A stretch of 64,000 bases of DNA from Octopus sinensis. Taxonomy: Eukaryota. The stretch's first letter is position 1. Each line of letters starts with the position of its first letter. The DNA is taken from positions 8,680,001 through 8,744,000 of the forward strand of contig NC_043006.1 in assembly GCF_006345805.1 (NCBI RefSeq), in the 5' to 3' direction. Below, piece by piece: positions 37,951 through 52,846 of this stretch. The translations under genes were made by a program, and so were the position numbers. The notes below the pieces were generated by a model. That model had not been told where the DNA came from. It did no database searches and saw only the letters and a program-made list of their open reading frames with translations.

Positions 37951-39183
37951 TCCCTCTTTTATTATGCATGTACGGTTGCATGGGAGAAGGCCTATTCAGG
38001 GGTGAAAATCATTGTGCATTTCCAACACATTGTCAATCGGTGGCCGTTTGCCACTTTTATAATAGCAAATAAAGATGTTCCAACAGTATACAAATATAAG
38101 AGGCAAGAATACAAATAAATATTATAAAAGATTTAGTTTGCTGCCAATTCAATATAGAAAAACATGAGCAAAGACGAAAACCAGTTTAAGTGTTTACCAA
38201 CAAAACACAACCTTGTTTTAGAATAATGGATAATATTACAATAATATCACAAAGGAAAAAATAAGTATAATCAGTAACAAGCGATTAATTGCCAAAACTC
38301 TGCAAATGCTAATTTCAATGTCATCTCAAGTAACTATAATTTGATAATTGTCATGTGACGCGTAAACACTATGTTGTTTGGATTTTAAGAAAATGATGAT
38401 TGCAAGCTAAAAATACAAAAGACTGGCTTCCATTTCGTTAAGGTTTTCATTCGGAATCTAGAAACTAAAATACAATATTTTGTGCTATAATATTAAAGCA
38501 ACAACATTAAATTTATGACGATGAGCCGAATTATGAGGATGAACAAAATTATGAAAGCACCGTATTTATATAGTGTATTTTCGTTCCTATATGAGAATAA
38601 CACGTTTTCTTTCTAGAAAGGGGAAAACTAGAAACAAATTTATCAAATATAATTACGTAATTACCATTATAAATCAAGGTGTTTCTGTGAAACAAAAATT
38701 CATATTTACCAATTCAAAGAGAGGACTCGGAAAGAGTAACAATTTGCCACATTGAAACATTATCGATAAAGATTCATTAATTGTAAGTCATCGATAAAGG
38801 TGGTCGCCATAGTGAAACAGTAAACATTTAATAGAATGGCTTTCTCCGTATCTATCAATTTGTGCAAGTTTGGAGCTCGAGCAAGGCAGGAAATTATTAT
38901 TTTAAAACAGAGTCGATTGTTCCGATTTTATTGAGAGAGGCGGATGCAGATACAAAACAGAAGACACAAATAACAGTGTTACAAGATAAATACAGGGCGC
39001 CCTGCACGTCAAAAGAGCCGTATATAAATACATGTACATACACACACACACAGAAACGCATACACATACATACATACACACACACACACACCCACACACA
39101 CATATATATATATATAATATATATATATATATATACATATATTTATATATATATATATATATATATATCCATATATGTATGTA

Positions 39184-39221
<38 letters not shown>

Positions 39222-39224
39222 CAA

Positions 39225-39410
39225 TAATTAAGGGTAAAACTAATTAGTTATTAATCTATTTCACCAAGTAGTGTTCAGTATGTAAAAGGACCATTTAAGG
39301 CGTATTCAAAATATCACATTATATAATTAGGGCTTAGTAAAATAAATTACTTTGCCACATACTGACATTTTTAGAAATAGCAGCCAAAAAGTTTTTTAGC
39401 TATTTCTACT
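39225..39410 (+). mobile_element. Relative of the 12845-13020 PLE-type terminal segment
   Basis: tttcaccaagta..ttcagtatg..ggaccatttaaggcg..gggcttagtaaaataaattactttgcc.catactga..ttagaaatagcagc; begins at a (TA)n tract. Confidence 0.8.
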
Positions 39411-39436
39411 ACTTTATGTATATATGTATATACACA

Positions 39437-40660
39437 TGCAAAGGGGTGACAAAACAATGGAAACATCTTAAAATTTGAAACACCATTTATTTAATTTAAT
39501 AAGGGATAGGACCCCCTTTCGCAGTAATTACAAGCTTGAATCCTAGGAGGTATTGACTCGTACAACGTTTGAATTGTTTCCAAAGGAATTTTCGTCCAAT
39601 CTGCAGATTTAACAGTCTCCAGCTCTTGTAGCGACGATGGTGGAGGATATCGACCGATTACTTGTTTTTCTGAAATGCACCATAAATGTTCAATAATATT
39701 GAGATATGGGGACTGAGGTTCAGCTTCACTAGAATGTTCCTCGTAGCATTCAGTAACAACTTTAACTGTGTGAATTGGTGCATTATCATCCTGAAAGATT
39801 GCGTTTCCCTCCAGAAACAGTTCCGCAAATATAGGATGAATTTGGTCAAATAAAATGCTTAAATATACCTTACTATTAATTCCGCCATGAACGGAAACCC
39901 TTAGGCCGGCGGATGTCCAAAATATAACTCCCCAGATCATCACAGACCTCCCTCAATGTTTAATAGTTCGAAGATTGCAATCTTGGAAATTCTTCTTTAG
40001 GTTCTCCATACGCATACCCGTCCGGTGGTCAAAAATAAGGTCAAACATTCTTCCACTCCTCAAGGGACCAATTCTGTAAGTTATTACTCCGCTGTAAACG
40101 CTTTGCAAAGTTTGATTTTGAAAGTAGTGTTTTTCTGATTGCAGCCCTCCCGTGAAATCCGGATTTGTGCAGCTCCCGGCGAACAGCGTTTGTGGAAACT
40201 AGGTACTCGAGGTGGTCATAAACTCTGCAGTAATTCTGGGAGCTGTACTTTTGTGATGCTTTATAAGAATTCACATAAGAGTCCGCCGGTCCCTATCTGA
40301 AATTTGGTTCTCTTCCGGAGTATTGTTTCTACGACAACATTTTCCCATCTTTCTCAAAGGATGTCATTACTTTCGAGACAGTACTTCTACATACACCAGA
40401 CATTTCGGCTGTTTTCATAACGCTAGCGCCTGACATACGAGCGCGAAGTATTTGACCTATATGAAAGCCCGATAGATCTCTCATTTTAATGAATTTACAT
40501 TAACTTTTTCTGATGATACCTGAAAAGAAACAGCAATTTTTGCAAAACATATTGAGCAGCACTTATAATAACTAAAAAAACATAAAAATATAAAAGCTTT
40601 TGACACTTTTATAGATATTTAAAAATTATGATGATTTGGTGCTTGGCGTGTCCAACTCTG
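39437..40660 (-). mobile_element. Decayed Tc1-like transposon
   Basis: ATG at 40484: MRDLSGFHIGQILRARMSGASVMKTAEMSGVCRSTVSKVM; VRRELHKSGFHGRAAIRK; MIWGVI; FQDDNAPIH; PQSPYLNIIEHLW; first catalytic D region deleted; TIRs only weakly matched. Confidence 0.88.
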
Positions 40661-41001
40661 TATATAAACATGTGTATGTTTGTGTGTCTGCGTCTGTGTG
40701 TGTATACATGCATAAATATATATACATACATACATATATGTGTCTGTGTGTATGTATGCATGTATATATATATATGAATGTATATATATATGTATATATG
40801 AATGTATATATATATATTATATATATATATATATAATATATATATATATGAATGTATATATATACACGCACATATAGCTATATATCTATATCTACACATG
40901 TATATATATATATACACATATATATATATACTTATATGTATATATACATATATTTCACGGTGGTGCATCAGCATGGCCGCAGCTCTGAGCTGAACCTACA
41001 G

Positions 41002-41051
<50 letters not shown>

Positions 41052-41718
41052 TCAAACTAAAATCATAGAACAAACAAATGCAAGCTCATCCGCATGTCAT
41101 TTCATAATTCGAACATTTAATTATAGAATAAACATATAACCCGCAAGATGGAACAAAATTCATATATACAGCACGTAATAATAATAATAATATGGTATGG
41201 TGCGAGAAAAATTCTTATCATTAAAAATTTAGAATTAATATTTTAGCGATTCAATGAAAATACATTTATAAAAGGACGTAGAAAGTAAAATATAATGTAA
41301 GTAATATATAAAAATATATAGGTATATAAAAATATAGGCATATAAAAATATATAAAACATATGTAAATATACATATAGGAGCATATAAAAAAATATTTAA
41401 TATATATATCATGTAAATAAAGTAAAATAAGGTTCATCGTTTAGAAATCTTATTCAGGTAAAGTAAGCCTTATATTTAAGAAGGAAATCCTGTTTACTTA
41501 TCCCTATGGCCATTTCAGGGATGTGTTATGTTTAATAGGACTTCTATAGCAGTTCTATTAAACTTTTTTTGTTCCTGACAAGAAACAATTATTGTATTAT
41601 TAATATCGATATATATATAAATATACACATACACACACACAGACACCCACATATATATATTTATTTATATATATTCATACATATAAGTATATATACACAC
41701 ACACTCACACACACACAT

Positions 41719-41751
<33 letters not shown>

Positions 41752-42049
41752 CACGCACACACACATATGTATGTAGATATATGTAAATCAATACATGTAT
41801 ATATGTTTATACTGAGTCAACTCGATCAAATCAGCTGTCCTCAAATGTTTGCACATTTCCCCTGTTCTGTCTAGTTTAACAGGAGGTCAACCAGTTTGTA
41901 TCTTTTATTATTTATACGGCATAAAATGATGGTGGTCGAAAACCAATTTTGTGAGTGTGTGGGACTTATATTTATACAAGCTCTTTACTTTCTGAGTTCG
42001 AATCTTGTCTGTTCAAATGTTGTGTCATACTTACATACAAATACATACA

Positions 42050-42069
42050 CACACACACTCGCACATACA

Positions 42070-42159
<90 letters not shown>

Positions 42160-42170
42160 CACACACATAT
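42050..42170. repeat. (CA)n microsatellite
   Basis: Read directly. Confidence 0.97.
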
Positions 42171-42174
42171 ATTA

Positions 42175-43420
42175 TGTATAATTTCAGCTCAGAACTGCGG
42201 TCATGCTGGGACACTGACTTTTTGTAATATTGTTATTATTCAGAGCCTCCTGTAATATGTGGCATTTGGTGAATAAGAGTGATGTCGCTACCCTCAATAT
42301 ACACCTCTCACCACGAGCTAGTTTCGTCTGGCAGTCTCGACACGAAGAGGTCCAGTTTTGATTTGAAAACACCTACATCCATCTTGTGTAGGTGTTTGAG
42401 AGAATATTAAAATGCTGTGAGCTCCTGAAACCCAGGTTGTTGCAGTAACTGGTCATGAAGCGCGCTGGCATTCATGGGCACTGTGCAATGTCGACCCGTT
42501 CTGGCATGGGTGTAGCTTTCGATACGAAAATTTGGCACAATATTTCTAGGATCTTCCAGATGTATATTGCCGCATACCTGTCCCGCCGTCTCTCCAGGGA
42601 GTAGAGTCGTAGCTGTCTCAGCATTTTCTAGTAGACGATCTTCTTTGTGAAGCTTCGATTAATTCCTTCAAGGCCCTCTGTTAATTTTACACTATTGGGT
42701 AACCATAGCTGTGAGCAGTTCTTCAGGCGGCTGAGGACGAATGTCCTCCAGTGGAACACCATGGTGTCCGCTCTGCTCTCGAAAATCTCAGTATCCATCC
42801 AGCCAGTTATCTGCACTTTGTCGCCATCCTGATATTGTGCACTTGGAAAGATGTATCATCATTCCAGTCAATACCCAGGTTCCTCGCTGATTTAGGCTCG
42901 GATATTGTAATCCCCTGTAGACCAGTGGACCCGGTAAGTTTTATTTTCAGTTTTGGACGCTGGTAGTGCAGAGCTTGGAATTATTCAGCGTTAAACTGCA
43001 TATTATTGTCCTTAGCCCATCTCTAAGTTGAATTCAACTCCTGCTGCAGGTGTGCAACATCGCTGGGGTTCTGTATTTTCTGCAAAACTTTCGTATCATC
43101 TGCATAACTGACAAGGGTGGCTATCCGTGTAGCTTAGGGCATATCTTAGAGGGCCACTAGGAAAATCAGTGGTCTCAAGATAGTGCCCCGTGGAAGACTG
43201 TTTACTATTTGTGCTTTCTTTGAGATGGCTCCCCTGGCCACTACTGACTTCTATCTTTAAGTAAGTCATGTATCTACTCTCCAAGTTTTCCAGCTATGCC
43301 AAGATCACGCAGTTTGTGGCACATCATACCATGATCCACTTTATCAAAAGCTTTTGCAAAGTCAAGGTATATTACGTCCACATTTGAGTTGTTGAGTTAC
43401 TCAATAATAGTGGTGTAAGT
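42175..43420 (-). mobile_element. Decayed CR1-type LINE fragment (RT to 3' end), second family
   Basis: DVIYLDFAKAFDKVDHGMMCHKLRDLGIAGKL, FVLSRLKNCSQLW, LRLYSLE.RR.RY; 3' end ccagcatgaccgcagttctgagctgaaat. Confidence 0.85.
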
Positions 43421-45782
43421 TTTGGGTCAGGCAGCTCCGTGTAGGGATTGAGACTTGTGTTGAAGTTTTCTTCCCTCGATAGTGGCACCTTACTGTATTA
43501 CAATTCCCCACTACATTGTCTGTTATGCTGGTGTTATTGTTCAAGTCTCTTCTTTATTAACTATTCCCGTACTGCCACCCGGCTTACATTTATCACAATT
43601 CTAGTAAATGGGGTAATTTTTCTTGTCTACATACAGACATACATACATAAACATCCATATATATAGAAATACACGCAAACTCACACATATTTACGCAACC
43701 CAATACGTATACATCTATACATATACAAACATATGTATTAAAATCACCGACGCCTTTTCGCATAGAGATAGGGAGGTGAGTATAACATATGACATGAAGG
43801 GATTATTTTCCGAATAATTTTAATGGGTTTTGCTGCATCTGTTCTCACGTTCTCTCGTATATACTAAATTCTCCAAATGATAGGTTTATTGACTACCTGT
43901 TTCTTCCAGTTGGTTATCAATGTGGATAAAGATAATGGAATCCTGAAACTCAAACATTGCTGCCTTTCGATATGTCTGCATAGCCATAAATATTACTTGA
44001 AAAGGTTACGTCGAATATTAATATGGATAATGCATTCAACAGTGAAATACTTATTCAGCTGCCGCAACTTGTAAATTCAACAGGACCAATATTCTACAAA
44101 GACAAATGTTGATTAGGGAGAACAATACGATTATGTATTAGGTCAAAGTTGTGAATGAGATCAATGTCCTTCTATAACAAAACTTTCCAGTTACAAAACT
44201 GCATGTAACTACGTCGTATGGCTTGAATATCTTATTATTCATGAAAATAGATGGATGAAGCGAGATTTGTGCTAGTGTGATTGCCGATCTATATTAATGG
44301 ATCATAGAACATTAATGCTATCAATATTATGCCTAATAGTTTCATCTATTTCGTTTCAAACGCTTTGGGTTGTTATATTTTTTCGATTTTCTTTTATATT
44401 CCTTGATCCGTTAAGATTGTTTCTGTCGTTCATATAATAACTATTTTAACAAGGAATAATCATTACAAGTGCAGCTAAACCAGTCATCTATTACACGAAC
44501 CTAATGGTGTCGCATGTGATATCCGCTCAGACCGTACAGAAAGATATCATATATATCAGATACCAAGGAAAATCGTCCATTTACTTTGACGCGGAGAACT
44601 CGACACACTCTGTAGTGCTCAACGACATTTCGAATTACTGCCATTGGAATTTTGCAACGCTTCAGATTTCAACAAAGGACTGCAGGCTCACTGTTGCATT
44701 AAGCAGAGAGAACTGGCTACAGTCGTATAGGAGGCACCGGTCACTTTCATCCCAAACCAAACCGTTTCTTTCTTGTTATTTACACACATTTTATTTAGAC
44801 CTATCACCTGAGATCTGGCGAAGGAAACATTTTAGTTTCAGTTGAAGAAAGGATTGCGGATCATTATCTCTCTTATATTTCTAAATCACTATTTAAAAAA
44901 ATAATAATTAATTTTGGCTAATTTGTATCCATACGTTCTAATAAGATTCTTCGGTGTACTACGCAATTGGATATGATGTATCCAGTTAAAAATGCTGAGG
45001 AATTGTGTTGTAATGTTAAAGTGTGCTGAGTGCAAATGAAAGCTATGTCCAAGATTTATTACGTCTTAATCACTTCTTTATTGAAATCGTTATTCTGCAT
45101 AGGTGAACAATAGGGAATTCAGTGACTGTCAGGGAGAGTTGGCAGTATCTTAGAAGGTTTGTAAACGTTTGGCCATTTCTTTCAAATTTGCTATGTCTGA
45201 GAGAAGGATCAATGTACATGTCACTTGCAAGCTTTGCTGTGAGATAATTTGGTCCATTTATATAACTAAATCATACGCTGCATCTTATTGTGTATTAAGG
45301 TAAACAAATGTACACTGTGCTGTAATAACTCTTTGGTTAACAAGTTTCCTTTACAATGGACGTCACCTAAGCAACTGATTTAAACTGTAACAACGTATTG
45401 CCAAATATATTTCGAGAACATTTTGATCATCTTAATAAGCCAGGAAAATATACAGGTATGGTCAAAAGTGTCTGTATAACAGAACGCTTAACACTGAATG
45501 TATGAATTTACGTGTTAAATATTTACCCAGTCAAATGTATTGAAACATTTTTTATTTTGCTAACACACGCGCGTATCTGTATGGTTTTCTGTATGAAAAT
45601 GTATTAGCAATTTTGTCAGTGACTAAAGCTTGTAAAATAATGTGCCGTGTTGTGTGTGTACACTAGAATATAAATATTGATAACAAAACAAAAGAGAAAA
45701 CACGACCATTATCTACATAGAGATTGATAAAATAAGCAAAGTTAGATCTAAATATTCATGGTAGTGTGATAACACAAAGATG

Positions 45783-45840
45783 TGAAAATGGCGACCGGTG
45801 AGTGTGTTTACCCAGAGTATGACGTCATTCCGCCCCACAG
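45783..45840 (+). promoter_or_regulatory. Candidate promoter / first-exon motif cluster
   Basis: AAAATGGCG (YY1-type, ATG at 45788), GTGAGT donor-like at 45798, TGACGTCA (CRE) at 45820, CCGCCCC at 45830, in a repeat-poor stretch; no downstream exons identified. Confidence 0.3.
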
Positions 45841-47614
45841 GATGGTAGGCGCAATTCGTACGGTTATGTGAATCTGTTTAATGCCAGAGTGACCAGAGGG
45901 GGTTGCAACTAGAAGGCCATATCTATAGCATTAGGATTCGGCGCCTTACCTCTGGAATGTGTCAGAAATTGTTGTCGGATAATTTCTACTACTTCGCCAA
46001 CTCCAATATATATACATTTATTTATGTCTAGAAAAACAATTAAGTGTAATCAATGTCGATTGGGGAAACGGTGAGAGGCTTATTTACATGCAAGCGACAG
46101 TTTATTAAAACAATCGTAATTTCAAGTTTAATATCAACAGACATCGTGTTCATATTGTTGGTGTTTATAGGTATTATATCATATTTCAATATTGCTTAAA
46201 CTCTCAAATCTCTGTATAACTGAAGTATCATGAATTAAGTGAGTTAGAAATATAAATGCAATAAACAACGTTTTTTTTTCGTTTTTTTTTTACAAATACC
46301 TCAATTGTCTGAAACTGATAAGGAATTCAATTTCGAATTAATTTACATCAAATGAAGAACAACATAAACTGTCTATCGTTAACGATCCACTGCAACAGTA
46401 ACAGTCACAGGTACACATAGGCACTTGCACGTACATTTCTTCATCCCCATTTACATAGATATACAGACACCCACATATATAAACGCATTTCAAGTCTTCG
46501 CTGCCGTAATTCGTTAAACGCACACATACACTTATGATTGTGTACATATACTTCAGTTATGCACATACATATGTGCATATGTATGTATGTATATGCGTGT
46601 GTGCTTATAAGCGTATGTAAGTCTGTGCATACGAGGGTGTATACGTGAGTGTGTGGGTGGGTGAAAACATCAATTACTTCACGAAGAATAAAGAATAACA
46701 TTGCATTCAGATTATCTCGATGTTTCTTTGATGTATAGTCGTCGAGAATATGGTGTGTCGTTGTATTGAAGAGAAAGACAGACAAGTTCATGAATTATTA
46801 TTGAATGCAAAACTTATTTGTTTATTTGAAAGAAATTTCATAAATAGATCTATATTGTCAGATAATATGATCTATGTGAACATAATACCTATTTTATTTT
46901 CCAAGGAAATTTAAATAATGTGAAATACACAATCTATTAGAAAGAAACACACGCAAAAAGAAATTTAAAACATCCTTGAAAGAAATTTGTTTTTTTTTTA
47001 TCATCGTATTATAAGGTAAACATCAATTTATAAATTATCGTAAGATTACAGACCTGTTTCAAATAAGCCGTCGCTTTCAATGCTTTGCGCTTCATGAATT
47101 ACGGAATGGTTTTAGTGTTCATTAAATCTCTCTAGCGATTATATTATCTGCTAGGAAAATACACTTTAGTTCCAGTCTTCAGTTGCTTTCAGAAATTCTA
47201 ATTTTTTTTATATGCTTATTAATAAAATGTATTCATCAGGAATGCAGAACATTTAATCAAGGCACACTGCACAGAGTCACTGTTAAATCCAAGAACAAAA
47301 GAAAACAAACTATCTCCCGATGGTTTGAAAACAGTTTTGTCTCCTTTAATATTGCTAATTAACTGACACAGTAGATATCAATAAAACAATATGACCCTCT
47401 TCAAGACATAAACTACAAATACTGAAACTGATACCGAGGTGTCTAAGCTCCATTAATACAGAATATCGTTCCACATGACAGCAAATAATGTCCCAAAGAG
47501 GAAAATATTAAAGTTCGCGTGCAACTACTAATCCTTTGTAAATATAACGTAAAATATACAAATCTAAGATATTCTCAGATCTGAGGCGGCGTTTGCTATC
47601 TCTCTTTTTGTTTT

Positions 47615-47866
47615 TCTCTCTTTTACTTGTTTCAGTCATTTGAATGCGGCCATGCTGGAGCACCGCCTTTAGTAGGGCAAATCGACCACAGGACTTATTC
47701 TTTGTAAACCTAGTACTTATTCTATTGGACTCTTTTTGCCGAACTGCTAATTTACGAGGACGTAAGCACACCAGCACACTTGCCCAAGGTTCCACGCAGT
47801 GGGAGTGAACCCGGAACCATGTGGTTGGTAAGCAAGCTATTTACCTCACAGCCACTCCTGCGCCTA
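47615..47866 (-). mobile_element. SINE family C, internally deleted
   Basis: Head and tail present; the middle is lost at ccagca|cacttgcccaagg. Confidence 0.85.
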
Positions 47867-49765
47867 TATCTATATCTATAGATATTTATTTCATTGTACT
47901 CTAAAATGCATCATTCCTGACAGGCATGATGCGATTTGCCGCATAATTGCAAAGTCTAGATTGGAAATGTGGCTTTTTAGCACCCCGCATTATCTAGTAA
48001 CTTCATTGAACCTAGACCTCCAACTGTCTTCCTTTGCCGAATTCACCCTATTAATACCCTATTTGCTTCGTAGATCATCTCTCTATAGTTCACATTTATC
48101 CACATTCCTAGACAACTTGGAATTGTTCTTGGGGAATAGTCTAAGTGCGTTTAAGTTCTCAGACAAAAAACTTCTGCAAAAGACAGGCACGGACCATTCA
48201 TCTATGGGAAACGAAAAACAATATTTTAAAACATACCATTACTCGTTTACTCTTTTACTTGTTTCAGTCATTTGACTGCGGTTTCTAAACATGCTATAGG
48301 TCCTAGTATACATTGATGATACGTCTCAAAGAAATAGATCTATAATCGGAATAATTAAGATGGATAAAGTTTGGTAACTAGAAAGAGTTTAACTTTAATA
48401 ATTCGGATGATTAGTATAGTTTTTCCCTTCATATGTAAATTCTTACGGAACTGAAACCGAATATGGAGTTATGAGATAATATCAGGATTACAATATTTCT
48501 AGAGGCGGAAGCCTGTACTAAAACAGGCTTGTCCCACAGTTGCAGAATATATCACTTTGGTGTGTTTATATGTGTGGAATTGTGAGATAATTTGAGAATT
48601 GCAATATTAATGGTCTTTTTTTATCATTAATCACAGATCCATGAATGGTACCTTTTATAAGTGAATTTAAAATCTTCTTTATCACATGATTCGTGTCCCT
48701 GTACATGTTGGTGCTCCTACGAGGATATAATGGAAATTAATATATCGCTTAAGTATCAAAAATCGGTTTCCCAATATATTAATCTATGATAAAAGCGACG
48801 CTGTGACTAACCATGATGTAAATTAGTTATTGCACTAAACATTTACTTTCTTCACTTCTGAATCAACAATATCCGCAATGTATAGGATCAAAGGAATCAG
48901 TGATATTCATTCAGTACGAATACGGACATTCTACGACTCACCTCAAACAGCATAGTAAACGAATCTTTCATTATACACCGTTTTCAGGATGGAAATATTT
49001 ATAAACCAAACCCAGGAATAGGATTATATACACAACTTTTATACCTTTGGTCAAATCTATTATTTATATTGTTATTTAGATAGAGTTTTTAAAGTATTTG
49101 AAAGATCCTTGCTCAACCATAGTTGATGTCACTTATATTGAATTTCACCGAACATTGCAACGGCTCCTTTATTTAGCATTCGAGATAAAAACATTGGAGT
49201 TACTTTATATATTTATAATTCTAAGTATACTTGCATTTCGTTTGAGCAATAAAATCTGAAGAGACATTTTTGTTTTCTGTTGCTGCGAGTTGCCAAAAAA
49301 CAGCGAAAACCGTTTATCCCCATAACAAAATAAAAATGTCTCGTATAACTCCGTATTAAATGAAACTACTGGTTGCGATACGCATGCTGTATAATCGAAA
49401 TTGTAACGCTCATTCTTTACAGTATTCAACAGTGTTCAATTAGTTTATAATTTTAAGGTAACATTTTCTGCTTCACATTAAGAACGATACATAAATGCTA
49501 ATTACAACACACTGTACTAATTTATTTTTCTTTGGTGATTTTAATAACATACACATAGAATGGGGCTTCTCAGTATTCTTCCACCAAACATTAAGTGGCT
49601 CCTATAAAATAATTAGCTCAACATTAATGGGTCCTTCTTGTGGGGTGTAAATTAGTTATAGTGCAAAACTAATTATTTCTTAATGTAACAAAATATGTAT
49701 CGATGAATTTGACAGAGAAAGATATTTTTCTATATTTGTTGTTATTAGGCCTCTCATTATATATA

Positions 49766-49810
<45 letters not shown>

Positions 49811-50746
49811 TGAATGAATTATCCTATGTTTACCGATAACATGGAAAATTGAATGGACCGTTACCAGGGTAGCAAATTCACGTCAGAAACACAGTTGAAG
49901 CGACCTATCCAAAGGTAGAATCTCCGGGTTAATGTGCATTAATTTGCGTGTTATACATGAATAAATAAATAAATGGAGATGAACGTATATGTTAATAAAA
50001 TTCCTTTACTTTCGACTATATGGTTTTATTCCATAGGAATAAACGGTGTAAGATGCAATCTTCTCATCAGGAAAGAAAGAGAGCCTCTCTCAACAACAAG
50101 ACATTATAACAATTACGATGACTGCCTACATGATAAACATGATATAATAAATTATATATATATCATTACATACGGAAACATACTGTTCGGCATAAAAAGA
50201 TTTACTAACGTGAGGAAATACTCATTGAATTTACAGTTTATACCTTCAAGAATATTAATGCCACAGCTTTCAGCTTTGTTAACTAACTGGTGATTTATTG
50301 AATAAGTTTTTCAAAGAAAAGTTTTATTCAAAATTTTGGTGGTAATCGCATTAAACCAGTGGTCCATTGCCTGGAATTGCATGCATTCTTCTCAGCAATA
50401 TCTGAGAAGTAACTAAGGAAAAGAAGATAGGCAGAGATAGACACATTCTGACAATTTGTAGTTTTAGATCAAATGGGACTGATTAAGTATAATGTATTCA
50501 ATAACATGTAATGTAAGTTGTGTTATGAATTCAATAACGTCATATCTAATTGTTATAATCTGGTAAACACGATGCTCTGGTTGTCTATATAAACAGAATT
50601 ACATGATACTGAGACAACCCGCAAAGAGAGATACACTTTTCGTTGAAAGAAATACGTAAAAATGTAATAGCTGTACATCTTACTGCTTTGTTATTGTTTG
50701 ATAATATTCGGAGATACGAGAATTGTGCACACGCAAACATGTATAT

Positions 50747-50804
<58 letters not shown>

Positions 50805-51435
50805 GGAAAAGCAAAACAGTCTTAAAATACATTTGACAAAATTACATGCAACAACACACGAAACACAGGGCTGTCACTCTGATACCTCTTATTGATATAG
50901 ACAATCAACGTCTAGTTTTTTTTTTGTGACGACAATACAACAGTTAATATAATAAAACTGGTGATGTAGCAGAACGTAAATATTTGAAGTGTATTTTGAA
51001 CATGGTGCTTCCAGATAGGTATAATTCGGTTAAATACTAATACAGTCATATATGTCATATTAGGGTAGTGTTGATAAGAACCACACAAAGTTAATGTGGA
51101 CAGTAATCAACAATAACTGCCATACAGAAATTTGAAAGTAAGAAAGAAGTAAACAAAGGCAAAGCAGTAACAAAAAATTTCGTGGTAAAAACAAACACTT
51201 GAATGTAAATGCATCCCTTTAAATACGAGTTTATTGCTTCATGAAAAGCGAACAGCAGTTCAAATATAATAAAAAAAGTTCATTCATAATAAGTGAATCA
51301 ACCACAATGAGATGAGAGGCTGTCATTGTAAATCACAGAGGCATACATCACGGATAATACAGTTTATCCAGTGTATGTTGGGATTTAAAAAAAAAGAGAT
51401 GATACATACAATATTTTATATTCCATTCGGATAAA

Positions 51436-51800
51436 TACGAGGTGGTACCCAAAAGAAACCGGAATTTTCCAATGTTATTTTATTCACTTAGTTTTACATG
51501 TTTACACTTTTTTTGGCTTCGAAGCATTCTCTATTTGAAGCAATGCATTGGCTCACAATCATTTCCAACTATTCGAAGCAGTGCTGGAGCTCTTACGAAG
51601 TGATGCGTTTTAAAGTCTCCGTTGTTTTTTTTTTTCTTCATCTCTTCCACAACTTGAAATTCCGTAGCACCATCTTTCTTCACCGGTGATGATCTTCGGA
51701 AAAGGGTCCAGATCAACTTCCAATTGGTCATGACACGCATTCAGTCGTGACGGCTTTTGATCTTCCGTGAGCAAGTGAGACACAAATTTTGCTGCGCCGG
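51436..51800 (-). mobile_element. Mariner transposase remnant with one terminus
   Basis: AAKFVSHLLTEDQK..DPFPKIITGEERWCYG (compare AKFVP+.LT..QK, ITGDE.W.Y); TA|CGAGGTGGTACCCAAAAG terminus. Confidence 0.75.
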
Positions 51801-52179
51801 TCGATAGAGAGATTGCTGAGGGTCGCATCCAGTGGCTCCTAGCTGAGGAAGCTTAGACTAAAACAGGATCGTGCTACAGAGGACACTTCCGGCTACATTT
51901 GGGTACGTGAAAGCTTCTATAACCCAATGTTGATAGCTAATCGCATATTAGCAGCTGGTTCGAAGAATACATTGCTAGCAGGTTATCAGTTTTTGTAATG
52001 ATGGTAAGGTATATGATAGAATATATCTATCGTAAATTATTAAAATCAAGTATACGTATCTAAAAATTTGCACACACCATTTTGACAAATTTCCATGAGT
52101 AATCGGATTGGTACACACATACGCACACAAATATATGTGCATTATTTATATTATTTACGTTATTTACATTCGACGGATA

Positions 52180-52450
52180 TTTACATTCGATAAATATATG
52201 TGGTTGAAGGAAACTGAAAGATGTATACATCTCTATATATATATGTGTCTTTGTGTCTGTCTTAGTTCCTGACCTCCGCTTGACAACCGGTGTTGGAGTG
52301 TTGACATCCATGTAACTAAATGCTGCTCAGTAAGAGAGTGATAGTATAAGAACCTGGCTTTAAAATAATAAACACTGGGGTCGATTCAATCAACTACGGC
52401 GGTTCCCCAGCATGGCTACCGTCTAATGACTGAAACAAATAAATGATAAA
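52180..52450 (+). mobile_element. Diverged SINE family C 3' half
   Basis: gaaggaaactgaaaga..gcttgacaaccggtgttgg..ccccagcatggctaccgtctaatgactgaaac. Confidence 0.75.
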
Positions 52451-52808
52451 AGGCATCTATCTATCTATTCCTCTAGTTATCTATCCACCTAGTAATCTAT
52501 CTATATATGCATGATGCTATTTTGTTTTAGCAACGCTGAAAAATATATTAGGTTTACTAATGACCAACTGAGTTCGGTCACAGTAATTCCTGTATTGTAA
52601 TATTCATCTATTTATTTTCAATTCCAACATTTTGTACATACACACATTTATACATACATAAATACATACATACATCCACACACATATACATTTATATAAT
52701 ATGTCTGCATCTTTATTGTGAGTTTCTGGTTGTTTTGGAGCCATGGCGCTGATTTTAGCAAGTGGCATTTTATATCCTACTGAACCTAAATTTATTATAT
52801 ATATATGT

Positions 52809-52846
<38 letters not shown>

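Noticed and set aside
44504-44845. 113-aa ORF and opposite-strand short frames
   Set aside because: No recognisable domain or convincing splice structure.
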